Source: Amoeboaphelidium occidentale
Taxonomy: Eukaryota
Direction: 5' to 3'
Length of the DNA stretch: 34,035 bases
NCBI GenBank assembly: GCA_023515795.1
Contig: JALGPX010000118.1
Coordinates: 1 to 34,035, forward strand
Shown: positions 1-12,500 of the stretch, in pieces
Layout of the letters: every line of letters starts with the position of its first letter
Position numbering within the stretch: the first letter of the stretch is position 1
Position numbers and translations under genes: made by a program
Notes under the pieces: model-generated
Database searches by the model: none
Told to the model about the DNA's origin: nothing
The model's input: the letters and a program-made list of their open reading frames with translations, nothing else

Positions 1-1
1 T

Positions 2-1826
2 GTACAAGATCATTTACAAGATGTGATGAAACAAGGGAAGAGTGTTGTTCCTTCTGTTACAACTACTACTACTACTTCTGTTGTTAAGTCTGCTGTTGTT
101 AGAAATCCTTCTACTACTACTACTACTACTACTACTGCTGCTACTACTACTGCTACTGCTACTTCAATCCCTGCTGATGATTTGAAGTTTATTAATGGTG
201 CCCTGTTTCCTATTCAGTCTTTGAATCCTTATCAGAATAAGTGGACTATTAAGGCATTCTGTTTGAAGAAGAGTGATATGAGACAGTGGAGTAATGCTAA
301 GGGAGAAGGGAAATTGTTTTCTGTTACTCTTTGTGATGAGAGTGGGGAGATTAAGGCTACAGCGTTTAATGATGTTGCAGAGAGGTTGTTTAGTGTGTTT
401 CAGGAAGGACAAGTTTATTATTTATCCAGAGCACAGGTCAAGATTGCACGTAAACAGTATGCATCAAATGTACAGAATGAGTATGAGATATCAATGGATT
501 CATCAACAGAAGTTAATCCATGTTTAAGTCAGAGCGGTGGTGGTGGTGGTAGTGGTAGTGGTAATAATAATCAACAACCTTCTTCGATGTTGATGCAGTA
601 TCAGAAATTCAACTTTGTGTCTGGTATTGATGCTCTGTTGGTAAAGGAANGCATCAAATGTACAGAATGAGTATGAGATATCAATGGATTCATCAACAGA
701 AGTTAATCCATGTTTAAGTCAGAGTGGTGGTAGTGGTGGTAGTGGTAATAATAATCAACAACCTTCTTCGATGTTGATGCAGTATCAGAAATTCAACTTT
801 GTGTCTGGTATTGATGCTCTGTTGGTAAAGGAAAAGGATTCTATTGTTGATTTGATTGGAGTTCTTCGGAGTCAAGGTGAATTGGTTAGTTTTGTTTCCA
901 AGGCATCACAACGACAGATGCAAAAGAGAGAATTAGTTCTTGTGGATCAGAGTATGTATCAAGTTAAATTGACCTTGTTTGGAAAGCAAGCAGAGACATT
1001 TGATCAAAATGCTACACAAGGATCTGTGTTGGTGTTGAAGAGTTGTAAAGTATCAGAGTATAATGGTGGTAAATCATTGACTCTACTGAGTTCTGGTTCA
1101 ATGTTTGTTAATCCTGATATCCAACAAGCGCATTTATTGCGTGGATGGTATGAGAGTGAAGGATCAATGCAGAATTTTACTTCATTGGATGGAACAGGAG
1201 GAGCTTTAGGAGGAGGAGTAGGTGGTATGGATGCTGCTGCTGCAGGGTTGAGAAATTATGGTTGTTTGCAAGATATACAGGAAAAGAATTTGGGTTTGAG
1301 AGATAAACCTGATTATTTGAATTTGTGTGGTACTGTCACGTTTCTAAAGGGTGACAAGACAATGTATTATATGGCATGTCCAGGAGAGAATTGTAACAAG
1401 AAGGTTACTGAAGATATGGGTCAGTATCGCTGTGAAAAGTGTCAAAGAGTTTATAATTACTGTGATTATCGTTATATATTCTCTTTTCAATTGACTGATT
1501 ACTCTTCTTCGTCATGGGTACAGTGTTTCAATGAAGCTGGTGAAACAATGTTGGGAATGCCTGCCGAGGAGTTGCATCGCTTAAAAGAATCTCAACAAGA
1601 TGAAGAAAAGTATCAGAGTGTATTTGAAAAAGTGGCATACAAGAGGTTCAAGTTCACGATTAAAATCAAGCAAGAGAACTATCAGGTAAAAAGTGCTAAA
1701 AAAAGTGTAGGAAACTAATAGTTTTAGGATGAGGTCAAGGTTAAAAGTAGCGTGTTTCAGATTGAGAATATTGATTATGCTCAAGAGTCGCAAGTATTAT
1801 TGAAACTTGTAGAGCAGATGAGTTGA
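2..1826 (+). CDS. RFA1: Replication protein A 70 kDa subunit, 5'-truncated by the window. Contains an artefactual duplication at N650 and intron 1686-1727.
   Basis: DBD-A motif PIQSLNPYQNKWTIKA...GEGKLFSVTLCDESGEIKATAFN; DBD-B KRELVLVDQS; DBD-C zinc finger YMACP..CNKKV...RCEKC. The frame is open from base 2. Removing the 42-bp GTAAAA...CTAAT...TTTAG intron adds the terminal exon DEVKVKSS...VEQMS* (1728-1826). Confidence 0.95.
111..163 (+). repeat. (ACT/GCT)n coding microsatellite giving a poly-Thr/Ala linker in RPA1. A shorter (ACT)n run lies at 62-76.
   Basis: Seen directly in the sequence. Confidence 0.9.
461..833. other. Assembly artefact: 461-649 is repeated at 651-833 around a single N.
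   Basis: The copies differ only in the GGT/AGT repeat (6-bp length difference). Collapsing them restores one RPA1 reading frame. Confidence 0.9.
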
Positions 1827-2155
1827 ATTTAATTGAAGTGAGAAATAATAAAAAGGATTGTGACAGTGCTTTTATAAAGTGGTTTTTGTGTATTGGAATT
1901 ACCATGGAGTCAAAAGCTGTTGCAACAGCACAATAAACAAACCCTTTCTTTATTGAAGGGGAGACATTGCTGCTTTAGACGTACAAAGACTCCAGTTTTC
2001 TGTGGGTGACACTTTTGTTTGCATTTGTGGGGCTGGTTGGGGCACAGTTCCCCACAGCATGTGAAAGCGCGATTTTTCACTTGTGTGTTGCTGAGATAAT
2101 TGCGACGAGGCGCCGGTGCTTTTTCACATCAACAACAACAATATTAGTGAGCTCA

Positions 2156-3481
2156 ATGATTACTTTGCCTTTGTTGCTGCTATTCAATCTAGCTTTTGGT
2201 ACGCCTATTGCTGATGAATTCCAATTTGGTCTGGTCCTGGAGGCGGAGAATAAGACTTTGGCTGCACAGTATTTGGCTGAGATTGAGGATATACAACAAT
2301 CTCAGTTCGCGGAATCTTTTATGGAAACATCGGTACCACCACCACCATCACCGCCAGTAGTGCCACCTGGTGAAATATCAAATGCTGATGAATTTACTGT
2401 GAATCGCCTGTTGCTATTTGGAAAATTGGCTGCTGCTTCGTATTGTATGCGTCGCAATGTATTTCCGGATTTCAAGTGTGGTTCGCGGTGCTCTGATGAC
2501 CTTTTGACCCTTGCTTCGATGGTTCCCGGAATAACGGCTGGTCGGTCAAATGAAAATATCCTAAAGAATACCGTCACGGAAAAGTATATTGATGCTCCTG
2601 ATTCTGGTAGTGTTGGTTTCGTTGCGACAAACAGTGTGCTAGATGGAATGCAAGATTCTAAAGCTGTCATCATTTCATTCCGTGGCTCGCTGACACCAAA
2701 GAATTTTTATCATGATTTAATGCTGGCGCAGGTCGAGCACTTCTTTCCATTTGGCCGCTTTGGAACCAAGTTGCATTATGGTTTCTTGAAAACGTGGAGA
2801 AGTGTCCTTAAAGACGTAGTAGAAGGTGTTCGTAAGGTTGTTAAGAGAGAGTTACATGAAGGCAAGAAGAGAAAGTTTACAATTTATATCACAGGACATG
2901 TATGTTTCGCGTTTTGGTTGCTTTTTTTTTCTAATTGAATTTTTTAGAGTCTCGGCGGAGCTGTTGGTACTATTGCTGGAGCTGAGCTTGTTAGCATGGG
3001 TTTAAGTGGTGCTTTTCCTGGTCTCGAAGGTTTGTTTGGATGGTCTTCTCCAGATTCACAGGAAATTACGTTTGAGTGTCCAAGAAGCTTCCTTGTACAA
3101 AAAGCTGAGTCTTTCGAGCAGGTTCCTGCTGGTGAAGAAAAGAACTGCAAGATCCAAGTGAATTTCGAAATTTACACTTATGGTGAACCAAGAGTCGGTA
3201 ATCATGTATTTGCTGAATGGGTATCTTCCATTCCGTCGATTCGTATCTACAGATCAACTTACTACAATGACTTGGTTGTTCATCTTCCACCAGAATACAC
3301 TCCTATCTCAGATCTGTACAGACATCATTTGTCAGAATACTTTATCCACCACAACCAAAAGACTACTTCCATTTGCCGAGCAATGGTTGAGGATGATACA
3401 AGATGTTCTCGTGGTATCAGGGCATTGAATCCCTTCTCACACTTGACCTACTGGAATATCATCTTTGGGCCCTTCTGTTGA
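2156..3481 (+). CDS. Secreted class 3 (fungal-type) lipase; intron 2900-2947
   Basis: Signal-like start MITLPLLLLFNLAFG; motifs AAASYC and ISFRGS. Splicing the 48-bp GTATGT...TTTAG intron restores the nucleophile elbow ITGH|SLGGA. Also YTYGEPRVGN, DLVVHLPP, and a C-terminal HLTY. Confidence 0.92.
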
Positions 3482-3706
3482 ATGCAATCGGCTCATATGA
3501 GGTCCTTGTGAGACTAGTCTTAGAAAATTTAATCAATATAAATATGCTTTAATAATTTATGTTTCTCTAAAACAGGTATTGATTACTCTAGCCAAGGTTG
3601 TTAGAATTTTCTACATGAATATCAATATGCAACATTCATTGTTGAAAAAAAGCTTGACTTCTCTTGTCTTGCGGCAACCTGCAGTGCGCCCAATCACTTT
3701 CGCACA

Positions 3707-4912
3707 ATGAAGTTTCTTATTTTCGCACCAGCGCTTTTGGCATCCACCGCTTTGGGTGGCCTGATTATTCAGAAGGGCGGTGATATTTCGTCTTCTGAGT
3801 ATTCTGGTAAGAGGTTTTTGAGATTATCACAGGATTACACTGAGTGGGTCTCTGAAGATCTCGTGAATGATTTGGTCACTGATAAGGCTACGGCTATCGC
3901 AAGCCCTCTGTTCAAATCCCTGTCTCCTTTGGCTCAGGCCTTGTTGAAGGAACCATCGCTTGGTCCTGGATTCATTGATGAGACTGTAGATTTCCACGAA
4001 GGTCAATTGTATTCACCTCAGCAGCAGTTTTCGTACTTTCAGGAAGCATTCCCAAAATCGATTGCTCACAAGAAGATGGTCTTAAGTGTTCTAGACCAAG
4101 TTTCCGAGGATAATTTGAGAGATACTATCACGTTCTTGTCTACGAATTTTACTTCAAGAGGTGCTCGTTCTTCTGAAGGTGCTAAAGCTTCTAAAGCAGT
4201 TTTCCTTGCATTTGAGAGGCTTATCAAGGAATCTGAACGTGCTGATGTAACTATTGAGCAATTCACTGGTAGAAGCACAGGTCAGCCTTCTGTAATTGTA
4301 CGGTGGGAAGGTTCCGATAGGAAAGACGAAGTTGTTGTTATTGGATCTCATTTGGATTCAACAGCAGGGTTCTCTTCTAGAGCTCCTGGCGCTGATGATG
4401 ATGCTAGCGGTCTTGCTTGTGTATTTGAAGTTTTGAGAATCTTGCTGAATGATCCTAACTTTAAGCCAAGTCGTTCCATTCATTTTATGGCTTTTGCGGC
4501 TGAAGAGTTGGGTCTTTTGGGTTCGAAAGATATTTCTAAGAAGTACAGCACAAGTAATGTTAACGTTTACGCGATGCTTCAGATGGAAATGGCTGGCTAT
4601 GCAAAGAGTGAACACGTTACAATATTGACAGATGCTTCAAAGGAACAGGCCGAGTATTTGTCACTTTTGGCTGGTGCGTATTTGGGTAAACAAAGTTTCA
4701 GGTTCGGTAAATGCGAGTATGGTTGCAGTGATCACGCATCATTCTTTGCTGCTGGATACAGAGCCGCTTGTATTGCAGAAGCAGGTCCATTTGACAAAGA
4801 CTTGAATCCACACATTCACTCATCTCAGGATACTATTGATAAGTTGGACATGAAATTCTTGTCAAAGTTTGCAAAGCTTGGCTTGGCATTTGTAATTGAA
4901 TTAGGCATGTGA
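3707..4912 (+). CDS. Secreted M28 family leucine aminopeptidase-like zinc peptidase
   Basis: Signal peptide; motifs GSHLDS, APGADDDASG, AAEELGLLGS, CSDHASF, HIHSSQD. Confidence 0.92.
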   Translation: MKFLIFAPALLASTALGGLIIQKGGDISSSEYSGKRFLRLSQDYTEWVSEDLVNDLVTDKATAIASPLFKSLSPLAQALLKEPSLGPGFIDETVDFHEGQLYSPQQQFSYFQEAFPKSIAHKKMVLSVLDQVSEDNLRDTITFLSTNFTSRGARSSEGAKASKAVFLAFERLIKESERADVTIEQFTGRSTGQPSVIVRWEGSDRKDEVVVIGSHLDSTAGFSSRAPGADDDASGLACVFEVLRILLNDPNFKPSRSIHFMAFAAEELGLLGSKDISKKYSTSNVNVYAMLQMEMAGYAKSEHVTILTDASKEQAEYLSLLAGAYLGKQSFRFGKCEYGCSDHASFFAAGYRAACIAEAGPFDKDLNPHIHSSQDTIDKLDMKFLSKFAKLGLAFVIELGM

Positions 4913-4935
4913 AAAATATAATCAATGTAACATTT

Positions 4936-7626
4936 TTATGTTTTGTCTTCGTTCTGAAGTTGTTTCATCCATAATTCATGGTATAATCCGTTCTGACCTA
5001 AAGCCATCAACTCTGCATGACTACCTTTCTCTGCAATGTTTCCATCCTTGATCACAAGAATCATGTCAGCTCCTACGATAGTGCTCAATCTATGCGCGAC
5101 CACAAGTGTAGTTCTTCCTGATGTCATCTTGTTTAGCTCTCCTTGAATGGCTCTTTCTGTGTTTGTATCTAATGCGGAAGTTGCTTCATCGAGCAAAACT
5201 ATCTTTGGATCTTTTAATAGTGTTCTTGCAATTGCAACACGCTGTTTTTCGCCGCCACTCAATCTAAGGCCTCTCTCGCCTACTTTGGTTTGATATTGCT
5301 CGGGGAAACTCATAATCTTTTCATGTATCTGTGCCATTTGTGCCGCTTTTTGTACTTCCTCCACAGATGCATCCGTTTTACCGTACCTGATATTGTACAA
5401 GACGGTATTATTGAAAAGAACAGTATCTTGTGGAACAACTCCCATCGATCGTCGAAGAGAGCTTTGAGAAACGTATCGAATGTCTTGACCATCAATTAGA
5501 ATTCGGCCTTTGGATACGTCGTAAAAGCGAAATAGTAATCTGAGTATAGTAGATTTTCCACCGCCCGAAGGTCCAACCAGTGCAACTGTTTTTCCAGGTG
5601 GAATTTCGAATGATATGTTTGAGACGCTTGCTGAATTCGGTTTTGCAGGATCATAAGTAAAGGAGACGTCCTCAAAAACCACATGCCCTGAATTGACAAC
5701 TAAACTTGTACAGCNNNNNNNNNNNNNNNNNNNNNTTTTCCAGGTGGAATTTCGAATGATATGTTTGAGACGCTTGCTGAATTTGGTTTTGCAGGATCAT
5801 AAGTAAAGGAGACGTCCTCAAAAACCACATGCCCTGAATTGACAACTAAACTTGTACAGCCCGGCAAATCTTTGACTTCTACATTCTCATAAAGAAGTTT
5901 TGTCATTTTCTCCATGTCGATAAAATTCTGATTTATCACACCTACGAAATAAGATTGTTAGTCAAAACATCAGCTTACGATAAATGGTTCCAAACCATCC
6001 AAGAGGCTGGTACAGCTGTTGCAAATAAGTGATAAAAAGAACAAAATCTCCGACATTCAAAGTGCCTTGAATTACTCGAGCAACACACAGCAATCCCCCT
6101 GTAAGTAATCCAAGAGTAATTACAAAGTTTTGAGCACAATTCAAAACTTTGAGTGATAATTGTGAAACTAAATCAGCAGTTTGGTATTGCATGATGCAAT
6201 CTTTGTAATTGTCAACTTCAAACTCTTCGTTTCCATAATACTTGACAGTTTCGAAATTCAATAATGAATCAACTGCTCTCGTATTGGTCTTGTTGTCTAA
6301 ATCAATCATTCTTCTTCTGTACTTGGTCCTCCATTCTGTGATATAGATAGTGACAACTAAGTAGAATACCATAGTAACAAGAACAATGATGCCAAAGTAA
6401 ATATCAAACTGAACGACAAAGAAAACAACAGCAATAGAAATATCAGCAAGAACCGGAACAATATTGAACCAGAGATAAGAAAGTAAGGAAGTAATCGCTT
6501 GAGTTCCTTTATCCATTACTCGTAGAACTTCACCAGTTTTTCTGTTAAGATGCCATCTTAGCGATAGATTATGCAAATGTCTAAACACGTGTATAGAAAC
6601 TTCTCTAGTTGCATACTGTTCCACCGGTATCCACAGAGATGACTGAAGAATTGAAACTAAACCATTGCTTCCTTGAAAGAAGTAGAAGAGCACGTACAAA
6701 AGGACAGGCTGTAAAGGAAACTCAATCTTTTTGGTACCATCTTTTGAAGGCGTAAGAGCATCAACTATACGTTTGTACTGTAGAGGCATAAGTAGATTTA
6801 CAAACCTGCCTGCAACCATCAGCGCCACACAAGAATAAATCAATAGTTGAAGTTTCAATTTCCCTTTTGGCCATACGAATGGGAGGACGTCTTTGATCTT
6901 CTTTGCGATATTTGAGAATGCAGATTTTCTACTATTGACGTATTCCTGGTCCAAGAACTCATCTCCAGCACCTTCTTCTGCTCGTGCATCATCTTGCTCA
7001 GCAGCCAAAAGCGTGTAGGAGGACAATGAGCACCAGTCAAGTAAAACGAAAATCATCAGCACAATAGACATGAGCACCTTGAGAGCAGTGAAGCCCAAAT
7101 CAGCCGCGGTGTTGTTGTCAAAGAGGTCAGGGTCTGCGCTAGAAGGAGTGAGCACCATCTTGATACGAGTGAATAAGACATAACCATCACACACTAATGC
7201 CAAAGTAGAAAAGCACAACAGACTTGCATTCACCAGAGCTAATCTCATCTCTACTATATTCACTTTGTACAGAAAGAACCATGATAAACCGTTGAAAGCG
7301 TTCACAGCGACGTAATAATAAGAACTTTTACCAGAAGAAGAACCACTGGAAAATAGAATTATCAACTGCATAATGGCTAATATGAAAGATAGAAAGCTCA
7401 TAGACAAAATAATCCGCGACCTCCAATTCAGAAAGCTCTTCTTTCCGAGCAAGTCTAAAGTGTGCGTGCTTTGTCGTGTGGAAGCATAAGTTGATTCTCC
7501 AAGTAGCCTGAACGTAATGTATAATGCAAGAGAGATAAGCAGTAAAGAACCACTTAAGACACTCTCCAGAAGACACGGGGCAATTCTTCCGTCATAGAAC
7601 AACGGATCAGCACAAAAACCAGACAT
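4936..7626 (-). CDS. HMT1: ABCB6/HMT1-type heavy-metal-tolerance ABC half-transporter; intron 5942-5978; artefactual duplication at the N gap
   Basis: N-terminal TMD0; [37 protein letters not shown]; Walker [10 protein letters not shown]; signature [23 protein letters not shown]. The 37-bp intron joins [15 protein letters not shown]. Confidence 0.9.
5590..5860. other. Assembly artefact: 125-bp overlap (5590-5714 = 5736-5860) across a 21-N gap
   Basis: The copies differ by one synonymous SNP (Pro CCG/CCA). Confidence 0.9.
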
Positions 7627-7786
7627 GGCCGCACAGAAAACCAGGCGCGGAAGTTATTAATAGCAAAGAATTTCAAGCTCAGGAGTTAGCGCACCACTTA
7701 AATATCTGCAAAGGAACTTATAACCTACGTTATCCTGTTTCGCAACCTTAAAGATCTTCTTTACAGTTTGATCTTGTCACTATCAA

Positions 7787-9538
7787 ATGGATATTGGCGA
7801 AAAGCTTTTAGTTAATCAGAGCAATTCTCTTTACGCACCTCCCGAGGAAATTGCGGAATCCACCGGGTTTATGGATTCCTTAAAAGGTCTTCTTAAGCGG
7901 AAACGAGAGCCCGAGGAAGTAACAGAGGATCGATCAGGTTCAGGGCATCCAGTGATCGTATTTGCTGAGAACGAGGATGATAGTGAAAACGAAGCGTCTT
8001 CAGGCTCAGAGGATACCGACAGTTCGGATGATAGCTCTTCATCTTCGGAGGAAGACGTTCTTGAGCAATTGGTGCAAAAGAATGATGAATTTGGGCAGAA
8101 AGACGGATTCATAAAATTCCACGGTGATACTCCACCAGAGAAGAATTTGAATAATGAAAGTAGTTCTGCAGAGTCCGATTTGGATGACGCCATTCCGGAG
8201 AAGCAGCCTGTTCATTTAAGGAAGAAATTCGAGTGGAAGGAAGGCTTGACTTTTGCTCAAATACGGCAGAAGTACGAAGCTATCGTCGATGAGCTCTGCC
8301 TGATAAGACAACCACAAGTATGGACACATTACAGGATAAATCACGATTCTGCTTCTGTGGAGAACAGCCCTGCGTATTATGTCGCGAATGATTTGGCTCG
8401 ATTGCTCCATGAAGAGATACTTGATTTCGTAGCTTACTTATCGCCAACTGATGAGGAGCATTCTGTCAGAGTTCACGTGGTTGAAAGCATAAGAAATATT
8501 GTAAAAGATGTGTTTGGGGGTGATGCAGATGTTCACGTATTTGGTAGTTTTTCTACAAAGCTTTATCTGCCCTCAAGTGATTTAGATTTGGTTATACTTG
8601 GTCCGGAAACCATTCCAGCCGGGCATGCTGTTCCGACTTCGTATTACTACAAGCTTGCTAATGCGCTTAAAAAGGCCAATCTTACACAGGGAGATTCACT
8701 TCAAGTTATTACAAAAGCAAGAGTGCCCATAATTAAGTTTGTTGATGCACACGGGCATTTCCAGGTTGATATTAGTTTTAATGTGGAAAGTGGTATAAAC
8801 GCGTCAAACATTGTGCAGGATTTGATGGCAAAGTATCCTGCGCTGAAACCATTAACGTATGTCTTGAAGCAGTTTCTGCTGATACGAGGCTTGAATGAAG
8901 TTTACACCGGGGGTCTCAGTTCTTATGGGCTGTCTGCTATATTAACTTCTTTCTTGCAAATGCATCCTTTAATTCAAAGTGGTGAAATCAAACAAGAAGA
9001 GAATCTTGGTGTATTGCTGATAGAGTTTCTAGAATTCTATGGTAAATGGTTTAATAATGACGAGTAAGCCTTCTTTGAATAGCAATTAAATTGTGTTAGA
9101 GTTGGAATTAATTTGAATGATAATGGATCTTACTTTCCAAAAAGGAAGTTGGGAGCGTTCTCTATGAATCAGTCTAATGATTTCAAGAAAGACTCGCTAA
9201 CAGTTCAAGATCCTGAAAACAATGACAACGATATAACAGGTGGTACATGGAAACTATACAATGTCAAGAAAGCATTTACTTCTGGTTTCAATGTCTTAAC
9301 TGGTGCCATGCTTGAGATCTACGAGAAGCATCGTCAAGAGGTTATTGCAAGAGATGGAAATTCTCCATCCAACAAAAGACAGAAAACTTCTAACGATGAT
9401 TCATATACTATTCACCAAGAGCCAACCTTATTTAGAGCTTATTCTATCTTGGCGACCGTAATAAGGGTCGAAGAAAACGTTATTAAACATCGCGAACATA
9501 TTCGCGGTTTGTTTAGGGAAATTAAGAATGTTAATTAA
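7787..9538 (+). CDS. TRF4: Non-canonical poly(A) polymerase Trf4/PAP2 (TENT4-like); intron 9064-9099
   Basis: LHEEILDF; nucleotidyltransferase motif FGSFSTKLYLPSSDLDLV; KARVPIIKF; LNEVYTGGLSSY; NLGVLLIEFLEFYG. The 36-bp intron joins to EVGIN...QDPENNDNDI. Confidence 0.92.
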
Positions 9539-9551
9539 ACACATTTACCGT

Positions 9552-12500
9552 TTATTGCTGTTGTTCTTTACCGGATATTATCCTTTCTAGTTTTTGCTCA
9601 AAAGTGTCCCAAGGCAGAACCAAGTATGGCATATCCTTCTTATCTTCTGTTGTCAACAAAGATGTTTGCCTCTTTTGTAAAGTGGGTTCTTCCGGTGGAT
9701 TTTGAAATTCGATAGAATTGGTCCTGGGAGGAGGAACAGGTTCTGGCTGAGCCAGTTGATTCAACCTGTCATTTGTTGGAATCTTCCTCGGAGGAGCGGT
9801 CGGCCGAGGAACTGATGGTATTGAAGGCAGCTCTTTACTCGGAGGTCTCGTTAGCTTTGGCAGCGTTAGACTACTATAGTATTCCGCTTTCGAGCGTAAT
9901 TCTGAGATCAATTGGCTCAAATTACGGATTTCTTCGGATTCCATACGCCAAGCTTTAGCCAATTCTTCGTGAGATTGTGAACCTAGAGCTTGTTTCGAAT
10001 GTATCTCTACATCATTTTGCTTCTTTAGTAAATCAAATGAAGACCTTGATGTTTCGCTCTTTTTCTCAACTGGAGATTCTGCGACAGAAACGGAATCCTC
10101 TGCCAAACTCTTATCCCATCGCTCAACAAAATCCGCGACATCTTTCTCCAATTCTCCAAGTGCGTCAGTTATATCCGACAAGAATACGACAAGATCATCA
10201 CGGCCCTCCTTTGACAATGATTCATAGTGCGTAACGAAACCTGTGTAATCATCCAAAGCCGCTGTTTCATCCTTCTTTAGGGTAAGCCGTTGATCTAGTG
10301 CAGAAAAGGAAGATCTCGCTACTTGCTGAATATTCCCATAGTCAAACCATGAATGTTCTTCTAATTCGCTTAAAATTGATTGCAGTTGAGCGTAGACAGA
10401 ATCCAGGTCTTGGAAAAAATGTTTAGGATTTACAGGCGATGTTTCTCCTAACTGATGACGGTTTGTTGAAAAGGCGGAAGACTGCGAACTTGGAGACCTC
10501 TTCATTTGTTTCACTGTAAGAGACTGATTTTCAGGAACTTTCTGCGGAATGAAACGATTTGCTCTTCGAAGCTCTGTAGTATCAGGCTTAGGCTGAGATT
10601 TGCTTCGAGCATGTCCCATTTTAGAGGAATTGTTTCCTACTGGAAATACAGGCCTTATCACACTGTCTTTGAGCCACTCTGCAAAATACTCCATTTTCTT
10701 TTGGTAAGCACCTTCTTTCGATTGATTCTGTTCCCATCTGTGTTTCCGGAGAACAGCATTAGTGTAGATTCTCAGTCTAATATTATCCTTCTCGTTAATT
10801 AAAGGCTTGAACTTCCGTGGAGCGAGAATCTGTGAAGAATCCAGAGAGTTTGGAAACCCTTCTGAGTAAGAATAGAAAGTGGACGTCATTCCTTTCAAAT
10901 TCGGTGTCATCGCTTCTACAACCTTCTGAACTTTGTAGTGAGAATCATTTAAGAAAGGAGTCGCATCCTTCTGAACTTTGACTTTGGAACGATTGCGCTT
11001 CAGTATAATAGCTTCATCAAACAAAAGAGATTCATAGTCTTGTGACTGACTCTTGTCATAAAGAAACTGTACAAATTGTTGAGTGCATATGAGTCCGCAC
11101 GAGTATGGCTGATGATCAGATGGAGATGCCATGATGAAGTCCTTCACATTAAAAAATGGAACATCGGGTATCTGAGAGCTATCCTGTTTCGTGGCAAGGT
11201 TAACTTCATTTCCTGACACCCATCGTCCAATCTTGTCAATGCTTGATTTGATTCCAAACAATCCGCCATGTTTCCTACCATCTTGGGAAGCAGCAGAAGA
11301 CGATGAAGACTCTATCGCAGAATCATCCTTGGAATAAGTCATGAAGTTTCTGTAATCTTTCAAAATTGAGATCCAAAATCTAAAGAAAGACGCTTGAATA
11401 CTTTGTTCGTGTATGCATGAAGGACATCTAACAAAGCAGCGCGGAACACAATCTCCATGAACGAGCTGGCCACAGCTTCTGCATTGTAAATTCTGATGTA
11501 TTATTGTGGACTCTAACAGCTTTTGAGCCGATCCACGGGTTGTCAAAGGAGCTTTGTCTCTTGGGCCCATTAATCGAGACTTTTCAACAAACAGTTTATG
11601 TCCAGCTTCTTGGTCAACATGTAGCGGAGTGCATTTAATTTCTGAATTGCATACGCTACACAGCCCGATAGAGAGATTTTCTTGAACAGAAATAACTGCT
11701 TTTGGACTTTTGTAAGCCAGCAGCACAGGCACAAAATCGTGTCCTTCAGCTAAAACAGGATCTTGATGTTCCACAGTCGTCCTTACGAAAGACGTGTTCT
11801 TTACGTGACAAAAATAGGGATAGCTGCGCATTTCTTGTGTGTCGTATACCAAGTTTCGCTCCTCAATATCGTCTAGATCAAGTTGATGCTGCGAGGTCAA
11901 ACTTTGTTGAGCTGAACTCTCTGGAATATTCAGATTGATGAGAGTAATAACGTTGGATCTATCATGAACATTATTTGCTGTAATTCCTTTGACAGATATT
12001 AGCTTGGTGTGATTGTCAAGCTTGTTCGGACTGACTGATAATTTATGAGGAAATTCTGGAGACAGTGCAGAAACTTTTAAACTTTCAACCGAGTTGTTAC
12101 CAGAATAACTGCTTGTTCCACTCTTTGCAATTTTTTCAGATATATCACCAGTCGAAATCCTTTCTGGAGATCCAGCTGGCGGCAAAGGAAGCTCTTTGTC
12201 GTCTTCAAATTGTGTCGTTCTTAATCTGCTTTGGAATTCTCTAGAAAGTAAATGAAATTCTGTCTCTACCTTTTGAAATTTCAGTTTCTGAAGATGCAGC
12301 TCTTGGGATTGAAAAGAATTCCAGTCACATGGTTGCTTGATGTCGTTAGGTACAAACTTTTTATGAGAAAGCCTGACGGCCTTTCCAATTCTTTGTACAA
12401 GCTTTTTGCGTTCTTTCAGAGGAAATCCAATCTTCTTTGTCCTTATTGCTTCAAGTGCCATCATATCAGCAGATTCAAAGTTGGAGTGTGCTCGATGAAT

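Noticed and set aside
23..1718. Two separate RPA-like ORFs suggesting a split or duplicated gene
   Set aside because: The break falls at an N with a duplicated overlap. It is one gene with an assembly artefact.
4936..5939. Separate ABC ATPase ORF or tandem domain duplication
   Set aside because: Explained by the 125-bp overlap across the N gap plus a 37-bp intron.
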